The position numbers and the translations under genes were made by a program. Positions 55,697 through 64,000 of a stretch of 64,000 bases of DNA are shown one piece after another. The notes beneath the pieces were generated by a model. It searched no databases and had not been told where the DNA came from. It worked only from the letters and a program-made list of their open reading frames with translations. The stretch is from a virus, in the IMG/VR virus record IMGVR_UViG_3300021141_000706. One strand, given 5' to 3'. Each line of letters starts with the position of its first letter. Within the stretch, counting starts at the first letter, position 1.

Positions 55697-56029
55697 TTAT
55701 TTATTTAATTCGTTTAAGTACTCTTCAGAGAATCTATTTTTTTCAAAAATCTCTTTAACATCAGATGTTAAATCATCTATGCTTGAAAATCTATCAACAA
55801 AATCAGCACTTTCATTAAGTGGATTTTCTGAATAAGACCAATTGAAACTATAGTTTTCCAATTCTTTTTTAGATACTACCATCTTAACTTCTTTACCTTC
55901 ATTGATAATAGAAACTTCAATGTAGTTACCAAGTTTTAAATTTGATTTTTCTTCTATTTTAATCTCTGAATTTAGAAACTGTGAAAGAAGGTCACCGTGA
56001 ATCTTATTGATATTATATTTAAAGTCCAT
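55697..56029 (-). CDS. hypothetical late protein
   Basis: 110 aa; TTAATATATA at 56050-56059. Confidence 0.7.
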   Translation of the reverse strand: MDFKYNINKIHGDLLSQFLNSEIKIEEKSNLKLGNYIEVSIINEGKEVKMVVSKKELENYSFNWSYSENPLNESADFVDRFSSIDDLTSDVKEIFEKNRFSEEYLNELNK

Positions 56030-56150
56030 TTTTTTGAATTTATTTTATTTATATATTAAATTAGACCTACTACTTATCATATTTTTAGACAAAATTAAAA
56101 TTGGTAGTTTTTATAATAAATATATACCTTATAAAATATAGAAAATAGAA

Positions 56151-56870
56151 ATGGGTTTAACAGACATAGCATCAATTATGGAGAAATATGGTTTCAAAGG
56201 ATCCATATTTGTTATATTTGTGTTTTTGATAATATCAATGCTTAAAAGTAGTTGGTTTAGTGGCGTTTTGAGTAAACTATCTGATAGTTTTGTCGAAAAA
56301 TTTATGAGAAGTAAAGTAAAAGATGTTAACTCTCATGTTAAAGCAATTGCTGACTCTGATATTACTAATCACGATATCTTTAACTATATTGACTTCTGGA
56401 CCTACTCTAAAGTTCCTACAATTCAATTCTCAACTGAATACAGAACTGCTGTATTTAGAAAATACCTAACAATTTATCTTAAATCTTATAAAAGAAAAAT
56501 ATCTGAGTTTGTTAATTCCAAAGAGTATCAAGAGATGGATGATGCTAAAGTTTGGAAAGCACTTCTTAACTTAATTAATAGCATAGTTTATGATTATGAA
56601 AAAGAAATGATTGAGTCTGGTTTACCTAAGATTGTTGTTGATAAGATGAAAGCTAAAAACAATGATACAATCACTTTAACGATTGATTTGATTGAAGGTA
56701 TTTGTAATTCTCAATTTTATGATTCAGAAAAGAACTTCTTAAAAGTTTATTCTATTCTTAATATCTTATTATCTGTATTGGAAAATACAATCTCTAATTC
56801 AGAGAATGTTTGTAACTCTATTAATGGTCAATTGAAAGGTCTAAAATTTGACGGTAAGGTAGAACCTTAA
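56151..56870 (+). CDS. single-pass membrane protein (holin-like topology possible)
   Basis: One N-terminal TM segment; AAATATATA at 56118-56126. Confidence 0.55.
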   Translation: MGLTDIASIMEKYGFKGSIFVIFVFLIISMLKSSWFSGVLSKLSDSFVEKFMRSKVKDVNSHVKAIADSDITNHDIFNYIDFWTYSKVPTIQFSTEYRTAVFRKYLTIYLKSYKRKISEFVNSKEYQEMDDAKVWKALLNLINSIVYDYEKEMIESGLPKIVVDKMKAKNNDTITLTIDLIEGICNSQFYDSEKNFLKVYSILNILLSVLENTISNSENVCNSINGQLKGLKFDGKVEP

Positions 56871-57412
56871 TCCATTAAATCATAAACATCATCTGAAGAA
56901 AATTCATGATCAGTAATCTTCAAGTCATAATCTTTATATTCTTGAAAATCAATATCATCAGCATCTAATCTTCTGCTTATTGAATCATTTTTATCTTGTC
57001 TACCTAAAAGTCTTGATTCTCTTACTCGTCTATCAATATCTAAGTAAACTACAAAACATCCTTTTCTCATTTCAGGTGTTAGATTATTAAACTCACCTGG
57101 TGTCATTATAAATACCTGTGATTCATTGAACTCTTGTAAAGTTACTCCGTAGTACCAAGTCTCTGGTTCTCTACCTTCTGGAGTAACATTAAATGTTTGA
57201 TAAGTTAAAAATTTATTTTCGTTGATTGATTCTGTGAATTGTTCATCGCTAACAAAGTTATAAGTAATACCTTGTTGTTCGTGCTTTCTTTGAGGTCTTG
57301 TTGTCCATTTTAGACATCCTTTTAATCCTCTTTCTACAAGTTTTCTCATTAAGTAATCTTTTCCACTTCCGGATTTTCCTAAGATAATTACTTTTTCATT
57401 CTTAACAATCAT
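56867..57412 (-). CDS. gmk: guanylate kinase-like protein
   Basis: GKSGSGKD, TTRPQRKHEQQGITYNFV, WYYG. Confidence 0.85.
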   Translation of the reverse strand: MIVKNEKVIILGKSGSGKDYLMRKLVERGLKGCLKWTTRPQRKHEQQGITYNFVSDEQFTESINENKFLTYQTFNVTPEGREPETWYYGVTLQEFNESQVFIMTPGEFNNLTPEMRKGCFVVYLDIDRRVRESRLLGRQDKNDSISRRLDADDIDFQEYKDYDLKITDHEFSSDDVYDLMD

Positions 57413-57431
57413 TTAGTTAATAAATTTATTA

Positions 57432-57482
57432 GTTATAATTTGGAATTATTAAAAAGTTTAAGTATAGTTATTTTAATATATA
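57432..57482. promoter_or_regulatory. divergent middle (-) and late (+) promoters
   Basis: AAAC-N18-TATAAC on - (57432-57459); TTAATATATA on + (57473-57482). Confidence 0.6.
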
Positions 57483-57504
57483 ACCAAAATAGAAATATAA
57501 TAAT

Positions 57505-58587
57505 ATGTCGGGGAAATATCTTACTGCTTTCACTAATGGTGTTCCAATACCAGGATTTGAAAATATAGGAAAAATAGCGGTTGATACTGAACCAGGATCA
57601 GGTGACTACTCACTTGGTAATTTTGTTGGTGGTGTTTCAAACTCTTATGATACCAATGGATATATTATTATATCAGATACAACTACAGCTGGTATAGCCG
57701 GAAGATCAACTGGTGGTAATACAACAGGAACAGCATCTGCTAACCAACCAACCTTTTGGGTATCTACTCAAAAAACAGATAGTAGCTTTTTAGATTTAGT
57801 TAATAATTTACCAGCAAGATCAGGACAATCAGCTTTTGATAATGCTACAAGTGGTGCGGTTGAGGCGAGTACTTGGTTATCATCAAATGGTTACTGGACT
57901 TCATATGTAGCTCCTGTTCTATCTTTAGATGCTGGTAATACAGCAAGTTATCCAGGAACTGGAACAGTTTGGACAGATTTGGTAGATGGTAAAGAATTTA
58001 ATTTACTTGGAGCGCCAAGCTCAGGAGTACCAACATATCAATCGGGAGATGGTGGTAAAATTCTTTTCTATGCGGCTGGTGGTCACTATGCTGTTTGTAA
58101 TACAAGTTTACCATCAATGACTAAATTCACATTATCAATTTGGCATTATTGGAATGGTGGTAATAGTGGTGGTCTTCCTTGTATAATATCAGAAATCTAT
58201 CCGGGTACTAATGGAAAAATTAATTATTTCTTAGGTAATTTACAAGGTAATGGTTTAAGAGGTGGGTATTTTAATGGAGGATTTCAAATGTCTTCTGTAA
58301 TTCCTGAAGCCGTTAACATAACTACTAATAATTGGTATCATATAGTTGTTACCTGTGACTCAAGCCAAGTTGTTAAAATTTATTTAAATAATACGTTAAT
58401 TTCTCAAAATCAAACATCGGGAGATCAACCAACATCAAGTAATGGTGGAATACATTTAATGAGAAGATGGGATAATGCTGAGTTTTGGGATGGTTACCTG
58501 GCTAAAGTTGATATCTATAATAAAGATCTTAGTCAAGCACAAATTACTGAAATTTGGGATTCAAACAGATCAAGATTTGGATTGTAA
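57505..58587 (+). CDS. LamG/concanavalin A-like virion protein
   Basis: LDAGNTASYPGTGTVWTDL, WYHIVVT, IYNKDLS..I. Confidence 0.85.
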   Translation: MSGKYLTAFTNGVPIPGFENIGKIAVDTEPGSGDYSLGNFVGGVSNSYDTNGYIIISDTTTAGIAGRSTGGNTTGTASANQPTFWVSTQKTDSSFLDLVNNLPARSGQSAFDNATSGAVEASTWLSSNGYWTSYVAPVLSLDAGNTASYPGTGTVWTDLVDGKEFNLLGAPSSGVPTYQSGDGGKILFYAAGGHYAVCNTSLPSMTKFTLSIWHYWNGGNSGGLPCIISEIYPGTNGKINYFLGNLQGNGLRGGYFNGGFQMSSVIPEAVNITTNNWYHIVVTCDSSQVVKIYLNNTLISQNQTSGDQPTSSNGGIHLMRRWDNAEFWDGYLAKVDIYNKDLSQAQITEIWDSNRSRFGL

Positions 58588-58833
58588 TTATCTAATTGGT
58601 TTGTAATTAGGAATAGCACCTTTGTAATTGTTGTTACTTTTTCTGATTTCTTCGTGTTCAGCTTCTGCTGCCGCTTGATATTCAGGATCATTCTTTTCGT
58701 CTTGTTTACAAGTCATACAGATGACATCTTCGTTAAACATAGACATTGTAGTAACACCATTAGTCGGTTCACCACATCTATCACAGATAGATTTATTCAT
58801 TCCAAAAGATTCGTATGTTTTTAAGTGTTTCAT
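58588..58833 (-). CDS. small Zn-finger protein with N-terminal leader
   Basis: MKHLKTYESF then CDRC...MSMFNEDVICMTC. Confidence 0.75.
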   Translation of the reverse strand: MKHLKTYESFGMNKSICDRCGEPTNGVTTMSMFNEDVICMTCKQDEKNDPEYQAAAEAEHEEIRKSNNNYKGAIPNYKPIR

Positions 58834-58834
58834 A

Positions 58835-59338
58835 TTATTTCTTAATAGTGTTTACATCAGTCTTTTGGAAGTTATCAAAGTTCATAACTTTCTTTTCACC
58901 GTTCTTAGTTTGACCTGCGGTAAAGTCTTGTCTTTTAGCAAAAACATTTTTAAGAGCCTTCAAATCTAATTTCTTTTCTCTGGACTTTTTACCAGTTCTA
59001 GCACCATGATTAGAACCCATCACAGGAATCTTTTGAAACATTCTATTAGATCCACCTGGGTTATAAGGAACAGAGACATCACCTGATCCAGCCTTACCAC
59101 CACCTGATGCCCAACTTGTACCAATTGTTTGTCCTGCTAAACCTGAAGGTTGAGCATTAACAACAGCACCCATACCACCCACTGAACCAGCAGGTCCGCC
59201 GGTAGCTGAAGTATTTTCAATTAATAATTCTCTTTGGGATATTTTCTCACAAAGTTTCAAATATCCTTCTTCAGAAGAAAGATTTTCTTGTTCCATTTTC
59301 TCTTTTAAGAGATATAATTGATGTAATGACATTTTCAT
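58835..59338 (-). CDS. Gly-rich hypothetical late protein
   Basis: YLLKE and LLIE potential cleavage sites; TTAATATATA at 59343-59352. Confidence 0.7.
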   Translation of the reverse strand: MKMSLHQLYLLKEKMEQENLSSEEGYLKLCEKISQRELLIENTSATGGPAGSVGGMGAVVNAQPSGLAGQTIGTSWASGGGKAGSGDVSVPYNPGGSNRMFQKIPVMGSNHGARTGKKSREKKLDLKALKNVFAKRQDFTAGQTKNGEKKVMNFDNFQKTDVNTIKK

Positions 59339-59352
59339 ATTGTATATATTAA

Positions 59353-59655
59353 TTAGTGATTTCTATTTAAATCGAATGTTATTTCATACCCGTTTTTTTC
59401 AGACCATTCTCTAACAACATCTATCTTATCACCTAATTTAAATGGAAGATTAAGTTCTTCTAATTTTATTTCAGAATAAATCTTCATATCAGTGATGACA
59501 TTTTTAACTTGTGTATAATAAATATGTAATTCAAACTTCTTAGACTTTCCTAAGAACCAACTTTTATGATAGCCTTCTATAGCTAAATGATTCATAAATC
59601 TTCTTATGTTTGAACCACCCATAAATTCATTAAAATTTTTTATTTTATTACTCAT
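59353..59655 (-). CDS. putative internal virion protein
   Basis: MSNKIKNFNEF leader. Confidence 0.7.
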   Translation of the reverse strand: MSNKIKNFNEFMGGSNIRRFMNHLAIEGYHKSWFLGKSKKFELHIYYTQVKNVITDMKIYSEIKLEELNLPFKLGDKIDVVREWSEKNGYEITFDLNRNH

Positions 59656-59717
59656 AAATATCCGAACAAATAACTGTTTGTATTATATATAATTTATCAA
59701 ATTCGGAAAAACAATCA

Positions 59718-60350
59718 ATGAATAAATTAAAGCAACTTGAAATAAAAAAATTAATGAAGGAATTAGACTTCGTTGAGTCCGATTTTACATATAAAAACGA
59801 GATAGTACATGAAGCTGATAGTAACTTTATAAAAAGTGTTAATGATTTATTAGAACAACATCCTTTATTGAAAGACGTATTTGATAAAAAGATTAATAAT
59901 AAAATAGATAATATCTTTCAAAGAAGAACTGAAGAGTTAAAAGATAAAATAGAAACTATAAATGAATCATATCAAGAGGATTCAATTGAGGAAGAAGTTA
60001 TAGTTGAAAAGATTATTGATAAAAAAGTTAGAAAGTTATACAGAGAAATAGCCAAAATAACACATCCAGATAGAATTGATAATAGAAAATTAAATGACCT
60101 TTATATTAAGGCAACTATTTATTATAACAATAATGATATTGCTGGTACTTATTCAATATGTAACGAATTAGATATAGAGTATGAGCCAGATGATTCTGAT
60201 AATCAATTAATATCTGGTAAAATAAATGGTCTTAAAAGTAGAATATCATTTATGGAATCAACATTAACTTGGGTTTGGTATCACTCAACAGATGATAAGG
60301 AAAAAGAACAAATGATTTTAGGATATATTAAGAATCAATTAGATAATTGA
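59718..60350 (+). CDS. J-domain-like co-chaperone
   Basis: VRKLYREIAKITHPDR (HPD motif). Confidence 0.7.
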   Translation: MNKLKQLEIKKLMKELDFVESDFTYKNEIVHEADSNFIKSVNDLLEQHPLLKDVFDKKINNKIDNIFQRRTEELKDKIETINESYQEDSIEEEVIVEKIIDKKVRKLYREIAKITHPDRIDNRKLNDLYIKATIYYNNNDIAGTYSICNELDIEYEPDDSDNQLISGKINGLKSRISFMESTLTWVWYHSTDDKEKEQMILGYIKNQLDN

Positions 60351-60971
60351 TACTGTGACTTTTCTGTCGTTTAATAAAGATTGAAGTTCATCTTTTCTAA
60401 AGAATCTTTTGTAGACATCATTTTCTTTATCAAGATTCTGAAGCTCCCAAGTATTACCATCAGATGTAACATAGATATAGTTCCCATCACCATCAGTTAC
60501 TTCAATTGTTTTAGATGATAGTTTATCATAGAACTTTTTAACATCACCATTTATCTTAAAAAACTTAACATCTTCCCATTCTTTATTAGTTTCATTCCAA
60601 ACTTGAAAAGTAATGTAAAGAGGATTTTCTAACTCATTTGAGCTAATATCATAAATAAACATCCATTTACAAGGTTTGTTAACAAATGTTTGATACTCTT
60701 CTGTGTTTTGAACTGGTGATTTCTTTAGACCTAAAGAAGATAATGAGTTAATGAATTCAATATTATCTGATAAGAAGTCTAAACTTAATCGTCCATCATA
60801 AAAATCTTTAGGTAGTTTCAAAGTATCAAAGATATCTTTCTCTTCTGCTGAAATTGCTGATAGAAGTACATCATGCCATATATTCATTGATTCTAATATA
60901 TCAACTGACATAACCATAAGGTCAATCACCAATGACTCTTTGAACTTATTATATGATTTTATTACTCTCAT
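60339..60971 (-). CDS. putative internal virion protein
   Basis: MRVIKSYNKFKES leader. Confidence 0.7.
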   Translation of the reverse strand: MRVIKSYNKFKESLVIDLMVMSVDILESMNIWHDVLLSAISAEEKDIFDTLKLPKDFYDGRLSLDFLSDNIEFINSLSSLGLKKSPVQNTEEYQTFVNKPCKWMFIYDISSNELENPLYITFQVWNETNKEWEDVKFFKINGDVKKFYDKLSSKTIEVTDGDGNYIYVTSDGNTWELQNLDKENDVYKRFFRKDELQSLLNDRKVTVSII

Positions 60972-60991
60972 TTCAAAAAAGAATTAATTAA

Positions 60992-61009
60992 TTTAATATA
61001 TATATTAAA
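60992..61009. promoter_or_regulatory. palindromic bidirectional late-type promoter
   Basis: Perfect palindrome TTTAATATATATATTAAA between divergent genes. Confidence 0.7.
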
Positions 61010-61028
61010 ATACTACAACACAAATCTA

Positions 61029-62408
61029 ATGAAATGGCTAAGAGATTATAAATTATTCAAGGAAGCAAGACAAGAGAAGGTTTCTTATAAGAACCTAGTT
61101 GGAGAAATCTGTACTGCGATGGTTTTGTTAAACAACGAATTCCTTGATAATATATTAGATAGAGGTTTGAAAGCTAGATATTCTGAAAATTCAGAAATAT
61201 TTATCACAGACTTAAAGAATCTTCTTCTAGCTAAGAACAGATTAAACTTAGGTAGATTTGAAGGTGATACTTGTGTTACTGATGATGAGATATCTAAAGC
61301 TAGCCTATTATTTGATTCAATTGAATTTGACATTGAAAAAGATTGGGATAAATTAGTTGCTGCTAGAACAACTGCTAGAAATATTATTGATAAATTATTA
61401 TTAGATTCTAAATTAAAACCTGAGATGATTAAAAACATTTTCTGGATTGGTCCTAATAAAGATTCTGATCATCAAGAGGATATAGTTGTTGAAGATAAAG
61501 ATGGTAATCAATATAGTTTTTACTTAAACAAAAACTTAGCAACTCAAAAGTCTGCTTCATTTAATTTATTTGCGGATGAGTTAATTGGTGCTGATATTGA
61601 TAGATTATACAAAGAAGATTATTTATCTAAATGGGATAAACTAACTCAAGAGTGGATTAGATTAATTTATGAAAATGCTAATAAAAATATTCAACAGTTG
61701 ATTGAGAAGTTTATTGATGCTAAAAGAATTGATACTATTGGTTATTTTGAATACTTTGATATAAGACACAAAGATCCTAAGTTCAAACATTTAGGTGAAT
61801 TCATACAAGAATATGATAAAAACATTCTTAAATTCTCTGACTTAATGAATGAGATTTGGAAAAGTAAAGAAAATAGCTTTATGGATTCTGAAAGAGTTAC
61901 CAAAGAGTGGATGGAAATTAAAATAGTTATTCTTAACTCTAAAATTCTTGAAAATCTTTTAACATCAAGTCTTAAATCAAATCACACAGATGATATCCAA
62001 AAAGCTGAAGATGGTTGGAAACTTGCTGGTGGTACAGTTAAGATGAAATTATTTAAGACTTTAGTTGAGAAGATGGGTTGTTTAGAAAGACCTATTTACT
62101 TCTTAGGTAAAAATGGTGATATCTTTAATTTAGTTCCTTCAAGAGAATTCTTTAGAGAACATTATGATGACTTAAAAATCAAATTTGATTATCATGTTAA
62201 TTTTGAAGTTAGTGAAGAAGAAGAGAATAATGATTTTACAATAAAAATAAAATTAGAGTTAGACGATACTACTTTAATTGATATGTTTATTATTGTTAAG
62301 TTCTCTGGTGGTGAGATGTCTGGTAAGTTATCTGCTAAATATAAATTTGATATTGCCGACAACTTCAACTATTTAATTTCAAAAAAACAGTCTAATCAGT
62401 CAGAATAA
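61029..62408 (+). CDS. putative internal virion protein
   Basis: MKWLRDYKLFKEA leader, 459 aa. Confidence 0.7.
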   Translation: MKWLRDYKLFKEARQEKVSYKNLVGEICTAMVLLNNEFLDNILDRGLKARYSENSEIFITDLKNLLLAKNRLNLGRFEGDTCVTDDEISKASLLFDSIEFDIEKDWDKLVAARTTARNIIDKLLLDSKLKPEMIKNIFWIGPNKDSDHQEDIVVEDKDGNQYSFYLNKNLATQKSASFNLFADELIGADIDRLYKEDYLSKWDKLTQEWIRLIYENANKNIQQLIEKFIDAKRIDTIGYFEYFDIRHKDPKFKHLGEFIQEYDKNILKFSDLMNEIWKSKENSFMDSERVTKEWMEIKIVILNSKILENLLTSSLKSNHTDDIQKAEDGWKLAGGTVKMKLFKTLVEKMGCLERPIYFLGKNGDIFNLVPSREFFREHYDDLKIKFDYHVNFEVSEEEENNDFTIKIKLELDDTTLIDMFIIVKFSGGEMSGKLSAKYKFDIADNFNYLISKKQSNQSE

Positions 62409-62459
62409 CTTTTAGGAATACATGATATAAAAATATATATCTAAAATCTTAAAAATTAA

Positions 62460-64000
62460 ATGGCTTTACCAGGATTATTTCCAATTTACCCAGATCCAGT
62501 TCCAATGTTGTATCAGGTTTCGCTATCATTGCCGATGCCTGAACCAAGTAAGATAGCCTTATCTGTTGGTGTAACATCATCTAATCCATTTTTAGTTCCA
62601 AATGTAGATTTCCTACAAAGTTTCATCAAAGGTGATATTGGTATCAGTGATAAGATGATGAAAGAAGCAATGTTTAAGAATTTTAATAGTCCTATTGCTC
62701 AGAAAGATGAAAAAGTATTCAAACAATTTGCTAAAGTAACAAATTTTGATATACCAGATGTTAATAAATATAAAAAAGATGGTAAGATTAAACTTCCAAA
62801 AGAAGATGTTAATTTACCACCAATGGATGGTATTGGTTTTAAAGGTTTTGAAAAAACAATGCTAACATCAATGTTTGAAACTCAAAAGCCTTACTTTGAA
62901 GTTGCTAAATTAGTAATTGGTAATATTGCTAAGATAGAAGACATTATTGCTAGAGTTATGCCTTTATTGGGTGTTCCATTATCAACAAAGTCGTTAAAAC
63001 CTGTTGGTAATATTGGAGTTAATGATGGTAGACCAAAAGCAATTGGATATCAAAATGCTAAAGAAATAAAAGTTGCTCTTGCTAAGTTACAAGAGTTCTC
63101 TAAAAGTGGTTCTAGAGTAAAGATTGATAAGTATGGTAATGCTGAAAGAATTAAAGATCCAATTGGACCAACTGCTAGTGCTGCCGGCCCTGGTTCAAAT
63201 CAAGATGCTAGCGGTAATAAAACTTGGGAAATAGTATCAACTGTTTATTCAACTGGTGTTTTCAAGCCAGATATTGAGTACAAATATATTTATGTTGACT
63301 TACCACCTGAAAAAGAAAAGCCAGAAGAAGTAACTGATTTAAATTTAGAAGATGATGACCCATACAACAAATATAAACCTGAAAGAATTATCTTAGGTAT
63401 ATTTAGAGCTGATGGTACACCACTTAATCCTAATGAAATACTTAAAACTGTTGGATTAGATTCAAACTTTAATTTAACCTATGTTAATACACCATTCAAA
63501 AGAGCTGATTGGATGTTAAGATCACCAAAGTGGCAAATGGATAATCTTTATCCAAATAATGAAATAACACTAGCAGAGCCTGTCAGAAATGCTTGGCCCT
63601 CTTTAGGTTCTCCAACATTTACTTGGGAAAGATATGCTGGTGTAGATAAACAAAATAGTAAAACTAAACCAAATCATAATAATCCTGGTCAAGAGTGGCA
63701 ATTGAAAAAGTATAAAAAGGGTGACAAGAATTTAATAAACAATGAAGACGCTATTGAAGGTTCTCCAGTTATTGTTAGTTTTGATTTAACTGATACTGAT
63801 TCACATAAGTCATTTTTTACTGATATTGTTAAGTATAAAATGTATCAACAAGAAGAGGTTGCTGATTTTTCAGTAGAACCTAAATTACACACAGAAAGAA
63901 TTGAAAAGGATAAAGTAGCTAGTGTTATAATTAATAATTTTAATGTTCCGGCCCACGTTCAGAATGTTTATTTATATGGACAAGCTAAAGCTTCTGTTTA
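62460..64000 (+). CDS. large late protein, 3'-truncated by the window
   Basis: MALPGLFPIYP... frame open to the window end; AAATATATA at 62431-62439; not in ORF track. Confidence 0.8.
   Translation, partial: MALPGLFPIYPDPVPMLYQVSLSLPMPEPSKIALSVGVTSSNPFLVPNVDFLQSFIKGDIGISDKMMKEAMFKNFNSPIAQKDEKVFKQFAKVTNFDIPDVNKYKKDGKIKLPKEDVNLPPMDGIGFKGFEKTMLTSMFETQKPYFEVAKLVIGNIAKIEDIIARVMPLLGVPLSTKSLKPVGNIGVNDGRPKAIGYQNAKEIKVALAKLQEFSKSGSRVKIDKYGNAERIKDPIGPTASAAGPGSNQDASGNKTWEIVSTVYSTGVFKPDIEYKYIYVDLPPEKEKPEEVTDLNLEDDDPYNKYKPERIILGIFRADGTPLNPNEILKTVGLDSNFNLTYVNTPFKRADWMLRSPKWQMDNLYPNNEITLAEPVRNAWPSLGSPTFTWERYAGVDKQNSKTKPNHNNPGQEWQLKKYKKGDKNLINNEDAIEGSPVIVSFDLTDTDSHKSFFTDIVKYKMYQQEEVADFSVEPKLHTERIEKDKVASVIINNFNVPAHVQNVYLYGQAKASV

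Noticed and set aside
4167-61438. Other short antisense or nested ORFs in the track (e.g. 4863-5147, 20175-20474, 52505-52858, 61085-61438)
   Set aside because: They overlap longer, motif-supported genes and lack promoters, tags or recognisable motifs.
1-64000. TAG stop-codon reassignment (code 15), suggested by the CUA tRNA
   Set aside because: Genes are intact and tightly packed under code 11; I found no gene split by in-frame TAG, and four genes end at TAG next to or overlapping the following gene. Recoding elsewhere in the genome cannot be excluded.
1-64000. Bacterial chromosome origin (galE, prs, folD, TonB receptor)
   Set aside because: These genes are scattered among ORFans, baseplate and fibre genes and phage-type promoter motifs, with no bacterial operon context.
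1-64000. Introns, inteins, homing endonucleases, transposases, diversity-generating retroelement
   Set aside because: No interrupted conserved genes and no recognisable HNH, GIY-YIG, LAGLIDADG, reverse transcriptase or transposase motifs seen by eye.

Overview
AT-rich (~30% GC by eye), densely coding 64-kb segment of a jumbo, probably T4-like, phage infecting a Bacteroidota host. Host evidence: about 12 TTTG-N19/20-TAnnTTTG promoters, no obvious Shine-Dalgarno motifs, a T9SS C-terminal signal and a TonB-dependent receptor. Phage evidence: a gp6-like baseplate protein, fibre/lectin proteins, CCA-less tRNAs and many small ORFans. The standard genetic code gives intact genes. Content: about 90 CDS, 3 canonical tRNAs, one odd-fold tRNA-like gene with an amber (CUA) anticodon, nucleotide/folate genes (prs, half purH, folD, folA, gmk), glycan genes (galE, ugd, glycosyltransferases, acyl- and methyltransferases), RNA-repair enzymes, Dam, a MoxR/VWA pair and chaperone-like proteins. 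The main unexplained structure is an apparent two-tag protein address system. About 19 unrelated + strand early/middle proteins end in R-[DEN]-x-K-[IL]-x-x-[IL]-[LI]. About 19 other proteins, transcribed from a TAATATATA (putative late) motif, begin with a T4 capsid-targeting-like MK[HY]LKx[FY]xE leader; these include a CCA-adding enzyme paired with a 2H phosphoesterase (candidate virion-delivered tRNA 3'-end repair). Three promoter classes are visible, along with Pho-box-like 11-bp repeats upstream of the TonB receptor/T9SS cargo operon and a candidate structured ncRNA in the tRNA cluster. All family calls are from motif recognition by eye; no searches were run.
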